Source: an uncultured delta proteobacterium (GTDB taxonomy: Bacteria; Myxococcota; Myxococcia; Myxococcales; Anaeromyxobacteraceae). Taken from it: DNA of 64,000 bases. Below, one piece after another: positions 46,836-55,872 of this stretch (position 1 is its first letter; each line of letters begins with the position of its first letter). Location: NCBI GenBank assembly GCA_963828255.1, contig CAWHDZ010000016.1:32001-96000 (forward strand), read 5' to 3'. The notes below the pieces were generated by a model, which did not search any database, was not told the DNA's origin, and worked only from the letters and a program-made list of their open reading frames with translations. The position numbers were made by a program, and so were the translations under genes.

Positions 46836-47744
46836 TCAGTGCCCGTGCTCGTGACCGCTGCCGGTCGCGTGCGCGTGGTCCGCGCCGCCGTGACCGTGGT
46901 CCCCCTCCGACCCCGGCGTGTGCAGGTGGCCGTGGGCGTGCTCGTGCCCGTGCTCGTGGGCGTGCACCGTCCCGTCGGCGTGCCGGTGCTCGTGGGCATG
47001 CGCGTGGACGTGCGGGTGCTCGTGGGTGTGCACGTGCACCGCCGTTCCCTTGCCGCGCGCGAGCCCGGCGCGGCGCGCCTCGAGCCAGCGCACCCAGGCG
47101 TCCATGCCATCCCCGGTTCGGGCCGACACCCGGATCACCTCGGGCCTGGGCATGACGCGCCGCAGGCCGTCCAGGATCTGCTCCACGTCCACGTCGAGGT
47201 GGGGGAGCAGGTCGCACTTGGTGAGCAGGACCAGATCCGCCCCCTTGAACATGACCGGGTACTTGAGGGGCTTGTCCTCGCCTTCCGTCACCGAAAGTGC
47301 GACCACGTTGGCGGCCTGTCCCAGGTCGTAGACCGCCGGGCAGACCAGGTTCCCCACGTTCTCGATGAAGAAGACGTCCAGGTCCTTCCAGGGAAATCCG
47401 TGCAGGGCGTCGTGGACCAGCTCCGCGTCGAGGTGGCAGCCCTGGCCGGTGGTGATGGCCTTCGAGGGGATGCCGGCCTTCGAAAGCCTCCGGGCGTCGT
47501 TGTCGGTGGCGAGGTCGCCCGAGACGGCTCCGAGCTTCCAGCGCCCGCCGGAGGCCTTCGCGGTCGCCTCGAGGAGCGCGGTCTTCCCGGCGCCCGGGGA
47601 GCCCATGACGTTGAGCGCCAGCACGCCCGCCGCCGCGAAGTGCTCGCGGTTGTGGGTCGCCACCCGGTCGTTCCCGGCCAGGATCTTCTCGTGCAGGTCC
47701 ACCGGAACCAGGCTCGTGTCGCCGCATCCACAGGTCGTGCACAT
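46836..47744 (-). CDS. hypB: Hydrogenase nickel incorporation GTPase HypB with His-rich C-terminal tail
   Basis: N-terminal CTTCGC, GSPGAGKT, CHLDA, ENVGNLVCP and GEDKPLKYP. Confidence 0.97.
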   Translation of the reverse strand: MCTTCGCGDTSLVPVDLHEKILAGNDRVATHNREHFAAAGVLALNVMGSPGAGKTALLEATAKASGGRWKLGAVSGDLATDNDARRLSKAGIPSKAITTGQGCHLDAELVHDALHGFPWKDLDVFFIENVGNLVCPAVYDLGQAANVVALSVTEGEDKPLKYPVMFKGADLVLLTKCDLLPHLDVDVEQILDGLRRVMPRPEVIRVSARTGDGMDAWVRWLEARRAGLARGKGTAVHVHTHEHPHVHAHAHEHRHADGTVHAHEHGHEHAHGHLHTPGSEGDHGHGGADHAHATGSGHEHGH

Positions 47745-48088
47745 CAGGGCACCTCCATCTCCACGGTCTCGAGCAGGATCTCGTCGGCGCCGGCGGAGAG
47801 GCTCGCCGGCAGCCCGCAGGCCGGGCAGGTGAGCACCTCGCCGCGGGCGATGGCGCGCCCGCAGCCCGGGCAGCTCCAGCGCGCCGGCACGCTGCGCAGC
47901 TCCATCGCCGCCGTGGCGCAGACCGTCCCTTCACGGAACGTGTCGTAGGCGGTCTGGAAGAGGCCGGGGTCGAGGCCGGCCAGCTCCCCCACGGACACCA
48001 CCAGGCGGTGCACGGCGGTGGCCCTGCGCTCCCGCACCAGCGTCTCCACGCGACCGACCAGCGACTGGACCAGCGCGTACTCGTGCAC
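47744..48088 (-). CDS. hypA: Hydrogenase maturation nickel metallochaperone HypA
   Basis: MHE N-terminus, VGEL and two CxxC motifs (CPGC, CPAC). Confidence 0.95.
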   Translation of the reverse strand: MHEYALVQSLVGRVETLVRERRATAVHRLVVSVGELAGLDPGLFQTAYDTFREGTVCATAAMELRSVPARWSCPGCGRAIARGEVLTCPACGLPASLSAGADEILLETVEMEVP

Positions 48089-48096
48089 GGGGGGCC

Positions 48097-49113
48097 TCAG
48101 CAAATCCGGGGGAGGGGCTCGCCCTCGGATTCGGCGAGCAGCCGGCGCCCCAGGCCGGTGTCGAGGATCACCTGGCCGGGCCGGTCGGCGATGGCCGTGC
48201 CGACCACGGCGGCGCGACGCCCCAGCGGGTGGCCGCGCAGCGCGGCGAGCACGCGGTCGGCCGCGCCGGGACGCACGCCGATGACGGCCTTCCCCTCGTT
48301 GGCGACCACCAGCGGATCGATGCCCAGCACCTCGCAGGCGGCCCGGACCTCCGGGTTCACCGGCACCGCCGGCTCGTCGAGGAGCACGCCGACCCTGGCC
48401 TTCCCGGCCATCTCGTGCAGCACCGAGGCCAGGCCGCCGCGGGTGGGGTCCTTCATCGCCACCACGTCCTCGCCCCCGGCCAGGAGCGCCGCGCGGATGA
48501 GTCCGTTGATGGGGGCGACGTCGCTGCGGAGATCTCCCCGGATGCCCAGGGCGTGGCGCGTCACCATCACCGCCATGCCGTGGTCGCCGACGCTCCCGGT
48601 GACGATGATGCGGTCTCCCACGCGCAGGCCGGCGTCGGTCACCACCCGGTCGCAGAGCGCCACCCCGGCGGTGTTGAGCACGATGCCGTCCACCTCGCCG
48701 TGCCCCATCACCTTGGTGTCGCCGGTGACGATGGGTGCGCCGGCCTCGCGGCTGGCCTCGAGCATCGAGTCGCGGATGCGGACCAGGTCGTCGCGGGAGA
48801 AGCCCTCCTCCAGGATGGCCGCGCAGGTGAGGGCCAGCGGCTCGGTGGCCCCCATCATGGCGAGATCGTTCACCGTGCCCGAGACCGCCAGCCGCCCGAT
48901 GTCGCCGCCGGGGAAGAAGACGGGGTGGACCACGTGCGAGTCGGTGGTGATGACCAGCCAGCGGTCGCCGACCCGGATGGCCGCGCCGTCGTCGAGCGCG
49001 GCGAGGCCGATGCCGTCCACCGGGGAGGCGAGCCCCAGGAAGACCTCCTCGATGAGCGCGCGCATGGCGCGGCCGCCGGCGCCGTGCTTGAGCGCCACCT
49101 TGCCGCCGGACAT
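48097..49113 (-). CDS. hypE: Hydrogenase maturation carbamoyl dehydratase HypE
   Basis: HGAGG, FFPGGDIG, GTVNDLA, TGDTKV, DPTRGG, ANEGK and C-terminal PRIC. Confidence 0.97.
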   Translation of the reverse strand: MSGGKVALKHGAGGRAMRALIEEVFLGLASPVDGIGLAALDDGAAIRVGDRWLVITTDSHVVHPVFFPGGDIGRLAVSGTVNDLAMMGATEPLALTCAAILEEGFSRDDLVRIRDSMLEASREAGAPIVTGDTKVMGHGEVDGIVLNTAGVALCDRVVTDAGLRVGDRIIVTGSVGDHGMAVMVTRHALGIRGDLRSDVAPINGLIRAALLAGGEDVVAMKDPTRGGLASVLHEMAGKARVGVLLDEPAVPVNPEVRAACEVLGIDPLVVANEGKAVIGVRPGAADRVLAALRGHPLGRRAAVVGTAIADRPGQVILDTGLGRRLLAESEGEPLPRIC

Positions 49114-50243
49114 CAGGCCACCCCCCTCAGGTCGGGCTGGCCGCCGTAGACGTGCCAGATCTTGCAGGACCCCTCGGAGGAGACCATGCAGGCCCCCACC
49201 GGCGCGTCGGGGCGGCACTCCTTGCCGAAGAGCGGGCAGTCGGAGGGCCTGGCGAGCCCCGACATGATGGTCCCGCAGATGCAGTGCTCGGCCAGTACGT
49301 TGCGCTCGGCGCCGCCCACCGTGGAGGTGTCGATGCGGAAGCGCCGGCGGGCGTTCAGGTGGTCCCACTCCGGGCGCAATTCCAGGTTGCCGCGCGGGAC
49401 CCGGGCGATGCCGCGCCAGTTGCCGGCCGCCACCTCGAAGACCTTCCAGAGCTTCTCGAGCGCCGGGCCGTTGCCCTCCCTCGACACGCAGCGCGGGTAG
49501 CAGTTCACCACCTCGGGGCGGCCGGCGCGGACGAGCCGCACCAGTTCCAGGACCGCGGCGAGCACGTCGAGCGGCTCGAAGCCGGCCACCACCACCGGCG
49601 ACCGGGTCCGGGCGGCGAAGGGCTCGAAGATCCCCCAGCCGGTGATGGTCGCCGCGTGTCCGGCGGCGATGAACCCCTCGATGCTGGTCTCCTCGATCCC
49701 GGCCACCAGGTCCATGGCGGCCGGAACGTACTTGTGCGACGAGAGGACCGAGAAGTTGTCCGGCACGCCGGCCAGGATCACCGCGGCGGTGGCGACTGCG
49801 GTGGTCTCGAAGCCGCTCGCGAAGAAGACCACCTGCTCGGAGGGGCGGGCGCGGGCGATCTCCACCGCCTGGGACACGCTGTAGACCACCTCGACGTTCC
49901 CGCCGTCCACCTGGGCGTCGGCCAGCGATTTCACCGTGCCGGGCAGCCGCAGCATGTCACCGTAGGTGCAAACCCGCGCGCCCTGCGCGGCCAGCGCCAC
50001 CGCCTCGTCCACCTCCGGCGTGTCGGTCACGCAGACCGGGCAGCCCGGCCCCATGATGACGTCGAGGTTTCGCGGGAAGGCGGCCCGCAGCCCGAAGCGG
50101 GCGATGGCCTGCTCGTGGCTCCCGCAGACGTGCATGACCGAGATGGTTCGGCCCGCCGCCTCGACCTCCCGGTGCAGCGCCTCCGTCAGCGCGCGGGCGC
50201 GGGCCGGGTCGCGGAACTTGAGCTCGTCGAAGAGGCTCGCCAC
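49113..50243 (-). CDS. hypD: Hydrogenase formation protein HypD
   Basis: CGSH, GPGCPVC, GFETT, GFEP and C-terminal Cys cluster (CICG, CPLFG, GACMVS.EG.C). Confidence 0.97.
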   Translation of the reverse strand: MASLFDELKFRDPARARALTEALHREVEAAGRTISVMHVCGSHEQAIARFGLRAAFPRNLDVIMGPGCPVCVTDTPEVDEAVALAAQGARVCTYGDMLRLPGTVKSLADAQVDGGNVEVVYSVSQAVEIARARPSEQVVFFASGFETTAVATAAVILAGVPDNFSVLSSHKYVPAAMDLVAGIEETSIEGFIAAGHAATITGWGIFEPFAARTRSPVVVAGFEPLDVLAAVLELVRLVRAGRPEVVNCYPRCVSREGNGPALEKLWKVFEVAAGNWRGIARVPRGNLELRPEWDHLNARRRFRIDTSTVGGAERNVLAEHCICGTIMSGLARPSDCPLFGKECRPDAPVGACMVSSEGSCKIWHVYGGQPDLRGVA

Positions 50244-50245
50244 CT

Positions 50246-50542
50246 CTAGCTCCCGCCGCCGCCCTTGCCCGCGGCGATCTCCCCGCGGACGTCCTCGGCC
50301 ATGAGGTCGCCCGCCTCGGCCTCCTTCAGGATCTGGTCGAAGAGGGCCAGCGTCTCGCCGACCTCCTCCGGCGGGATGCGCCGGATGGCGAAGCCCACGT
50401 GGTTCAGCACGTAGTCGCCCACCGTGACCGGCTCGTCCACGATGTCGAGCCGGAGCTCCTTCTGCACGCCGAAGAAGTCGACCTGGGCCGACATCCCGTC
50501 GTCGGAGATGGAGAGGACCTTACCGGGGACACCCAGGCACAT
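50246..50542 (-). CDS. hypC: Hydrogenase assembly chaperone HypC
   Basis: MCLGVPG and VGDYVLNHVGFAI. Confidence 0.96.
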   Translation of the reverse strand: MCLGVPGKVLSISDDGMSAQVDFFGVQKELRLDIVDEPVTVGDYVLNHVGFAIRRIPPEEVGETLALFDQILKEAEAGDLMAEDVRGEIAAGKGGGGS

Positions 50543-50558
50543 GGCAGCTGTTCTCCGG

Positions 50559-52850
50559 TCAGGGTGCGGCGGTGGCGGAGGCCACGACCGCCTGCCCGAG
50601 GGCGATGCCACCATCCCCGGGGGGTACCCGACCGGGTAGGTATACCTCGAAACGCCCTGCAAACTCCCCCACCAGGAGCTCCGCCAGCCGGGCGTTCTGG
50701 AAGACGCCGCCGCTCGCCACCACGGGCAAACGCCCGTGCCGGTCGGCGGCCATCCGGACCATCTCGGCGCCCGCCCTGGCCAGGGCCCGGTGGAAGCGCA
50801 TCGAGACGGCGCCGTGTGGGGTTCCCCGGAGCACGTCCTCGGCGGCGGCCCGCACGATGGGCCGCCAGTCGAGCTGCCAGGGGGAGGTCGAGGTGTCCAC
50901 GGTGAACGGGTAGGCCCCGTCCGCCCCGCCGTCCGCCGCGGCGTCGAGCGCGATGGCCACCTGCCCCTCGTACCGGGACACCCCGCGCCCCAGGGCGATG
51001 GCGCCCACCGCGTCGAAGAGCCGGCCCGCCCCGTGGGCGGGCGGGGAGTTCAGCCCGGCCGCCACCATGCGCCGGATCACCTCCCGGTCCGGCGCGGGCA
51101 CGGCGTCGAAGACCGGCAGGGACTCGAGAGGGGCCTGGCCGTCGAAGGCCTGGTCGAGGGCCACCAGCGCGAGCCGCCAGGGCTCCCGCACCGCGCGGTC
51201 GCCCCCGGCGAGCGGCAGGGGCCGGAAGGTGGCCAGCCGCTCGAAGCCGTCGAGGCGGGCCAGCAGCAGTTCGCCGCCCCACGCCGTCCCGTCGGTCCCG
51301 AGCCCGGCGCCGTCCCAGGTGAGCGCCAGGACCGGCCCTTCGAGCGCGTGCTCCGCCATGGCCGCCGCGGCGTGGGCGTGGTGGTGCTGGACGGCCACGG
51401 CCGGGATGCCCTCGCGGCGGGAGCGATCCAGCGCATACCGGGTGGAGAGGTAATCGGGGTGGAGGTCGTGGGCGAGGAGCGCCGGCCGAACCCGGAGGAA
51501 GCGCTCGAGCCGCGCCACCGACTCCTCGAAGGAACGCAGGGTCTCGAGGTTCTCCAGATCTCCGACGTGGGGGCCGAGCACCGCCTCGCCTCCCGAGGCC
51601 AGGCAGAAGGCGTTCTTGAGGTGCGCCCCGCAGGCCAGCACCGGGCGAGGAAACGGGCGCGACACCGCCACCGGGGAGGGCACGAAGCCGCGGGCCCGGC
51701 GCATGACCAGCGGACGCCCCAGGACCACGCGGGCCACCGAGTCGTCGGCGCGGGCCTCGATCTCCCGGTCGTGGACCAGGAACAGGTCGGCGATGCCGCG
51801 GAGGCGGGTGAGCGCGTCCTCGTCCCGGTGGGCGATGGGCTCCTCGGAAAGGTTGCCGGAGGTCATGACGAGCGGGCGGGCGGCCGCGGCGAGGAGCAGG
51901 TGGTGGAGCGGGGAGTAGGGGAGCAGCAGCCCCACGGTGCCGGCGTCGGGGGCGATCTCCGGAGCGAGCCCGGAGGTCTCCCGTCGCCGGACCAGCACCA
52001 CCGGCCGCTCCGGGGAGGCCAATAGGTTTCGCTCGGCCTGGGAGAGGATCGCCGTCCGGTCGGCAGCCGCCAGGTCGGTCACCATCACCGCGAGCGGCTT
52101 CTCCTCGCGCCGCTTGCGCTCCCGCAAGGTACGCACCGCGCCGGAGGACGTCGCGTCGCAGGCCAGGTGGTACCCACCGATGCCCTTCACCGCGAGGACG
52201 AGCCCGGCGGCCAGCGCGGCCCCGGCGTCCGCCACCGGGTCGAGGCCCGGCGCCGGCGCGCCGTCCGCGCCGAGGAGCGAGACCCGCGGTCCGCAGGCCG
52301 GGCAGGCCACGGGCTCGGCGTGGAAGCGCCGGTCGGCCGGGTCGCGGTACTCCCGCGCGCATTCCGGGCACATCCGGAACGGTTCCATGCTGGTGGCCGC
52401 CCGGTCGTACGGGACGTCGCGCACGATGGTGAAGCGCGGACCGCAGGCGGTGCAGTTCGTGAACGGGTAGTGAAATCTCCGGTCGGCCGGGTCGAGCACC
52501 TCGGCCATGCAGTCGGCGCAGGTGGAGAGGTCGGGCGGGATGGAGACCCGCCGCTCGTCGGCGCCGGAGCTCTCCTCGATGACGAACTCCAGGGCCACCT
52601 CGGGTGCGATCTCCGCGGCACGGAAGGAGACCACCCGGGCCGACGGGGGGCCCCCGGCGCGCAGGCGCGCCTCGAAGGCGTCGAGGGCGGTCGCCGTCCC
52701 GAAGACCTCCACGGTCACGCCGGCCTCGTCGTTGCGCACCCGCCCGGAGACGCCGCAGTCGCGGGCCGCCCTCCAGACGAAGGGGCGCATGCCCACGCCC
52801 TGCACGGTGCCGCGGATCTCGATGCGCCGGCCGCGGCGTGCCACGCTCAC
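50559..52850 (-). CDS. hypF: Carbamoyltransferase HypF
   Basis: G.VQGVG.RPF acylphosphatase domain, zinc fingers (CADC, CTACGPR, CPEC, CPACGP), KGIGGYHL, DLHPDY, QHHHAH and GDGGIALGQ. Confidence 0.97.
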   Translation of the reverse strand: MSVARRGRRIEIRGTVQGVGMRPFVWRAARDCGVSGRVRNDEAGVTVEVFGTATALDAFEARLRAGGPPSARVVSFRAAEIAPEVALEFVIEESSGADERRVSIPPDLSTCADCMAEVLDPADRRFHYPFTNCTACGPRFTIVRDVPYDRAATSMEPFRMCPECAREYRDPADRRFHAEPVACPACGPRVSLLGADGAPAPGLDPVADAGAALAAGLVLAVKGIGGYHLACDATSSGAVRTLRERKRREEKPLAVMVTDLAAADRTAILSQAERNLLASPERPVVLVRRRETSGLAPEIAPDAGTVGLLLPYSPLHHLLLAAAARPLVMTSGNLSEEPIAHRDEDALTRLRGIADLFLVHDREIEARADDSVARVVLGRPLVMRRARGFVPSPVAVSRPFPRPVLACGAHLKNAFCLASGGEAVLGPHVGDLENLETLRSFEESVARLERFLRVRPALLAHDLHPDYLSTRYALDRSRREGIPAVAVQHHHAHAAAAMAEHALEGPVLALTWDGAGLGTDGTAWGGELLLARLDGFERLATFRPLPLAGGDRAVREPWRLALVALDQAFDGQAPLESLPVFDAVPAPDREVIRRMVAAGLNSPPAHGAGRLFDAVGAIALGRGVSRYEGQVAIALDAAADGGADGAYPFTVDTSTSPWQLDWRPIVRAAAEDVLRGTPHGAVSMRFHRALARAGAEMVRMAADRHGRLPVVASGGVFQNARLAELLVGEFAGRFEVYLPGRVPPGDGGIALGQAVVASATAAP

Positions 52851-53410
52851 GGGACGACCCGGGCCGCCCCGAGGATCTTCACCGGGGGTGCAAGGGTCTG
52901 CCCCCGGGCGGGCGCGGCGTGGATGCGACGCACCACCTCCATGCCCGACACCACCCGGCCGAGGACGGCGAAGCCCTGGCCGTCCGGGTTGCGCGTCCCG
53001 CCGAAGTCGAGGGAAGGCTGGGCCCCCACGCAGACGAAGAAGCCGGAGGTGGCGGTGTCCGGGCCGTCGCGCGCCATGGAGACGGCGCCGTCCAGGTGGA
53101 GGAGCCCGGTGTCGCGGGTGCGCTCGAGCGCCACCGGCGGGAGGTCCTTCCCCGGCGCCGCGCCGGCCTGGACCACGTCGATCTTCACGGCCTTCCCCGG
53201 CTGGTTGTCCGGCGAGGTGGTGACGGTCCGGTGGAAGGAGCCCCCGGCGTAGCGCCCCGCGTCCACGTAGCGGAGGAAGTTCCGCGCGGTCGCCGGGGCG
53301 CGTGCCTCGTCCACCTCGATCACGAGGTCGCCCTGATCGGTGCGGAACAGCACCCGGGGGAGCGGCGCGGGAGGCGCGGCCACGACGAGCGCGAGGAGCA
53401 GGGCGATCAC
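52847..53410 (-). CDS. Cyclophilin-type peptidyl-prolyl isomerase with signal peptide
   Basis: AP.T..NFL.YV..G.Y.G..FHR, GAVSMAR, ATS.FF and GRVVSGMEVV. Confidence 0.9.
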   Translation of the reverse strand: MIALLLALVVAAPPAPLPRVLFRTDQGDLVIEVDEARAPATARNFLRYVDAGRYAGGSFHRTVTTSPDNQPGKAVKIDVVQAGAAPGKDLPPVALERTRDTGLLHLDGAVSMARDGPDTATSGFFVCVGAQPSLDFGGTRNPDGQGFAVLGRVVSGMEVVRRIHAAPARGQTLAPPVKILGAARVVP

Positions 53411-53437
53411 GCCCGGATGCTATTAGACTCGCCCGCC

Positions 53438-55117
53438 ATGCGCACACCCTTCATCGCCCTCTTCCTGCTCGTCGCCGCCTCCGCCTCGGCCGCCTCGCCC
53501 CCCCCGCCCGCCGCGAAGTTCCCCGACGCCGCCGCGCTCCGGAAGCTCGACGCCCAGTACGCGCCGGTGGACCTCGCCGTGGACGTCTCGAGTCTCCCCG
53601 CGTCGGAGCGGAAGGCGCTCGCCCTGCTCATCGAGGCCAGCCGGGTCGTGGACGCACTCTTCCTCCGGCAGGTGTGGGCCGGCGCCACCGCCATGCTGCT
53701 CTCGCTCCAGGACGACCCGTCGCCGCTGGGCCGGGCGCGGCTGGCCTTCTTCCTGCGCAACAAGGGGCCATGGGACCGGCTCGACCACGACCGGATCTTC
53801 ATCCCCGGCGCGCCGCCTTCGCCCGAGGCCGGCACCTTCTACCCGCCGGGCGCGACGAAGGAGGAGATCGCCGCCTGGAACGGCTCCCTGCCGGAGAAGG
53901 AGCGGGCCATCGCCACCGGCTTCTTCTCGGTGGTCCGCCGCACCCCGGGCGGCTTCGTGGCGGTGCCCTACTCGATGGAGTACCAGGTCGAGCTGGCGCT
54001 GGCGGCCTCCCTCCTGCGCCAGGCCGCCGCGGCCACCGCCGAGCCCGCCCTGAAGCGCTTCCTCGAGACCCGGGCCTCGGCGCTCCTCTCCGACGACTAC
54101 TACGACAGCGACGTGGCCTGGATGGAGATCGACGGTGCGGTCGAGCCCACCTTCGGCCCCTACGAGACCTACGGCGACGGCTGGTTCAACGCCAAGGCGG
54201 CCTTCCAGGCCTACGTCACCGTCCGTGACGAGGGCGAGACGGCCAAGCTGGCCCGCCTCTCCGGCGAGTTGCAGGACATCGAGGACCACCTGCCCATGGA
54301 CCCGGCCTGGAAGAATCCGAAGCTCGGCTCGCTCGCCCCCATCCGCGTGGTGAACCAGATCTTCGCCGCCGGAGACGGCCGGCGCGGCGTCACCACCGCG
54401 GCCTTCAACCTCCCCAACGACGAGCGCATCCTCAGCGAGAAGGGGGCCAAGCGGGTGATGCTGAAGAACGTCCAGGAGGCCAAGTTCCAGAAGGTGCTGC
54501 TGCCCATCTCCAAGGTGGCGATCGCGCCGGCCGACGGGCGGCGGGTCTCCTTCGACGCCTTCTTCACCCACATCCTCATGCACGAGCTGGTGCACGGCCT
54601 CGGCCCCCACGGACTCGAACGTCCCTCCGGCCGCACCACGGTGCGCGAGCAGCTCGGCTCCCAGTACGCCGCCATCGAGGAGGCCAAGGCCGACGTGGTC
54701 GGGCTCTTCGCGCTGCACCGGCTGGTGGATCGGGGCGTGCTGCCGAAGGAGCTCGAGCGGACCATGTACGCCACCTTCCTGGCCTCCTGCTTCCGCTCCA
54801 TCCGCTTCGGCGTGAACGAGGCGCACGGGCGCGGCGTGGCCCTTCAGCTCAACTGGTTCCTCGACCAGGGGGCGGTGGTGGTGGGCAAGGACGGCCGGTT
54901 CGCCGTGGTGGACGGGAAGATCCGCGCCTCGGTCGAGTCGCTCTCGCGGGAAATCCTGGCCATCCAGGCCAACGGCGACGCAGCCGGGGCGAAGGCGCTT
55001 CTCGACCGGATGGCCATCGTCCGACCCCCGGTCGCCACGGTGCTCGAGCGGCTGCGCGCCATCCCGGTGGACGTGGCGCCCCGCTTCGTCGCCGCCGAGG
55101 CGCTCACCGGCCGCTGA
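53438..55117 (+). CDS. Peptidase family M49 (dipeptidyl-peptidase III-like), secreted
   Basis: Signal peptide, N.GPWDRLD, GPYETY.D, AFNLPND, HELVHGLGP and EEAKAD. Confidence 0.85.
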   Translation: MRTPFIALFLLVAASASAASPPPPAAKFPDAAALRKLDAQYAPVDLAVDVSSLPASERKALALLIEASRVVDALFLRQVWAGATAMLLSLQDDPSPLGRARLAFFLRNKGPWDRLDHDRIFIPGAPPSPEAGTFYPPGATKEEIAAWNGSLPEKERAIATGFFSVVRRTPGGFVAVPYSMEYQVELALAASLLRQAAAATAEPALKRFLETRASALLSDDYYDSDVAWMEIDGAVEPTFGPYETYGDGWFNAKAAFQAYVTVRDEGETAKLARLSGELQDIEDHLPMDPAWKNPKLGSLAPIRVVNQIFAAGDGRRGVTTAAFNLPNDERILSEKGAKRVMLKNVQEAKFQKVLLPISKVAIAPADGRRVSFDAFFTHILMHELVHGLGPHGLERPSGRTTVREQLGSQYAAIEEAKADVVGLFALHRLVDRGVLPKELERTMYATFLASCFRSIRFGVNEAHGRGVALQLNWFLDQGAVVVGKDGRFAVVDGKIRASVESLSREILAIQANGDAAGAKALLDRMAIVRPPVATVLERLRAIPVDVAPRFVAAEALTGR

Positions 55118-55724
55118 GGCCGTGCCAGAGCTGCAGGGCGCCCATCACCGCCATCCCCGCCGCCGATGCGAGCCCGAGCCCGCGCGCGGTGCGGGGGCCG
55201 ATGCGCCCGGCCAGGCCGAAGGCGGCCACCAGCGCCGCCTTCCCGCCCACCAGCAGCCCGTAGAAGCCCAGCAGGAAGGCCAGCGCGCCCGCCCCCGAGC
55301 CCCGCCAGGCCTCGGCCAGGATGGGACCGCACACCGTGCTCCAGAAGATCCAGGGGCCGGGGCCGGTGGCGTTCACCAGCACGGCGCGCAGGAATGACCC
55401 CCCCGCGCCCCCGGGCGGCGCCGCCGGGCCGGACCGGGCTTCACCCGCGGTACGAAGGCTCCCCAGCGCCAGCCAGACCAGGAACGCTCCCCCGGCCACC
55501 TCCAGGACGCGGAGGAACCCCTCCGGCACCCGGGAGAGCGCGAGGAGGATCAGCGCCACGATGGGGACGTCGCTCACCAGGGGTGCGAGCGCGAGCGGCA
55601 GCGTGCGCCGCACGCCGTGCCGGGAGGCGTGGGCGAAGAGGAAGGCCTGGAACGGTCCCGGCGAGACCGCCGCCGAGAATCCCAATGTCATACCCTGAGT
55701 GAATAACGAAAAAATCGCGCCCAC
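55104..55724 (-). CDS. LysE-family translocator
   Basis: GFSAAVSPGP, APLVSD.PI, GGAFLVWL and N...P.PW.FW. Start uncertain (55724 or 55691). Confidence 0.8.
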   Translation of the reverse strand: MGAIFSLFTQGMTLGFSAAVSPGPFQAFLFAHASRHGVRRTLPLALAPLVSDVPIVALILLALSRVPEGFLRVLEVAGGAFLVWLALGSLRTAGEARSGPAAPPGGAGGSFLRAVLVNATGPGPWIFWSTVCGPILAEAWRGSGAGALAFLLGFYGLLVGGKAALVAAFGLAGRIGPRTARGLGLASAAGMAVMGALQLWHGLSGR

Positions 55725-55759
55725 GGGTCCACTATGTCGCAAGTCCTGCGCATTCGCTC

Positions 55760-55773
55760 TTGATCCGCGTCAG
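55760..55773 (+). promoter_or_regulatory. FNR-like box upstream of ccoN
   Basis: TTGAT-CCGC-GTCAG against the TTGAT-N4-ATCAA consensus, 100 bp upstream of a cbb3 operon. Confidence 0.5.
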
Positions 55774-55822
55774 TCCAGTCGATGATCAGCCCCGGATCGG
55801 CCCAAGATCGCTCCCCCGCGCC

Positions 55823-55838
55823 GGGAACGCTTCTTGTA
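55823..55838 (+). promoter_or_regulatory. Possible sigma-54 (-24/-12) promoter for ccoN
   Basis: GGGAACG-CTTC-TTGTA against TGGCACG-N4-TTGCW, about 35 nt before the ATG. Confidence 0.4.
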
Positions 55839-55872
55839 ATCTCTCGCCGCGCCGTCCACGGCGGAGGGAACG

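Noticed and set aside
46850..47040. Short tandem GTGCTCGTG-like repeats as a CRISPR array or VNTR
   Set aside because: They are explained by His/Glu codons of the HypB tail; there is no repeat-spacer periodicity and no cas gene.
52847..53410. Cyclophilin as a SlyD substitute in hydrogenase maturation
   Set aside because: It has an apparent signal peptide and no metal-binding tail, whereas Hyp maturation is cytoplasmic.
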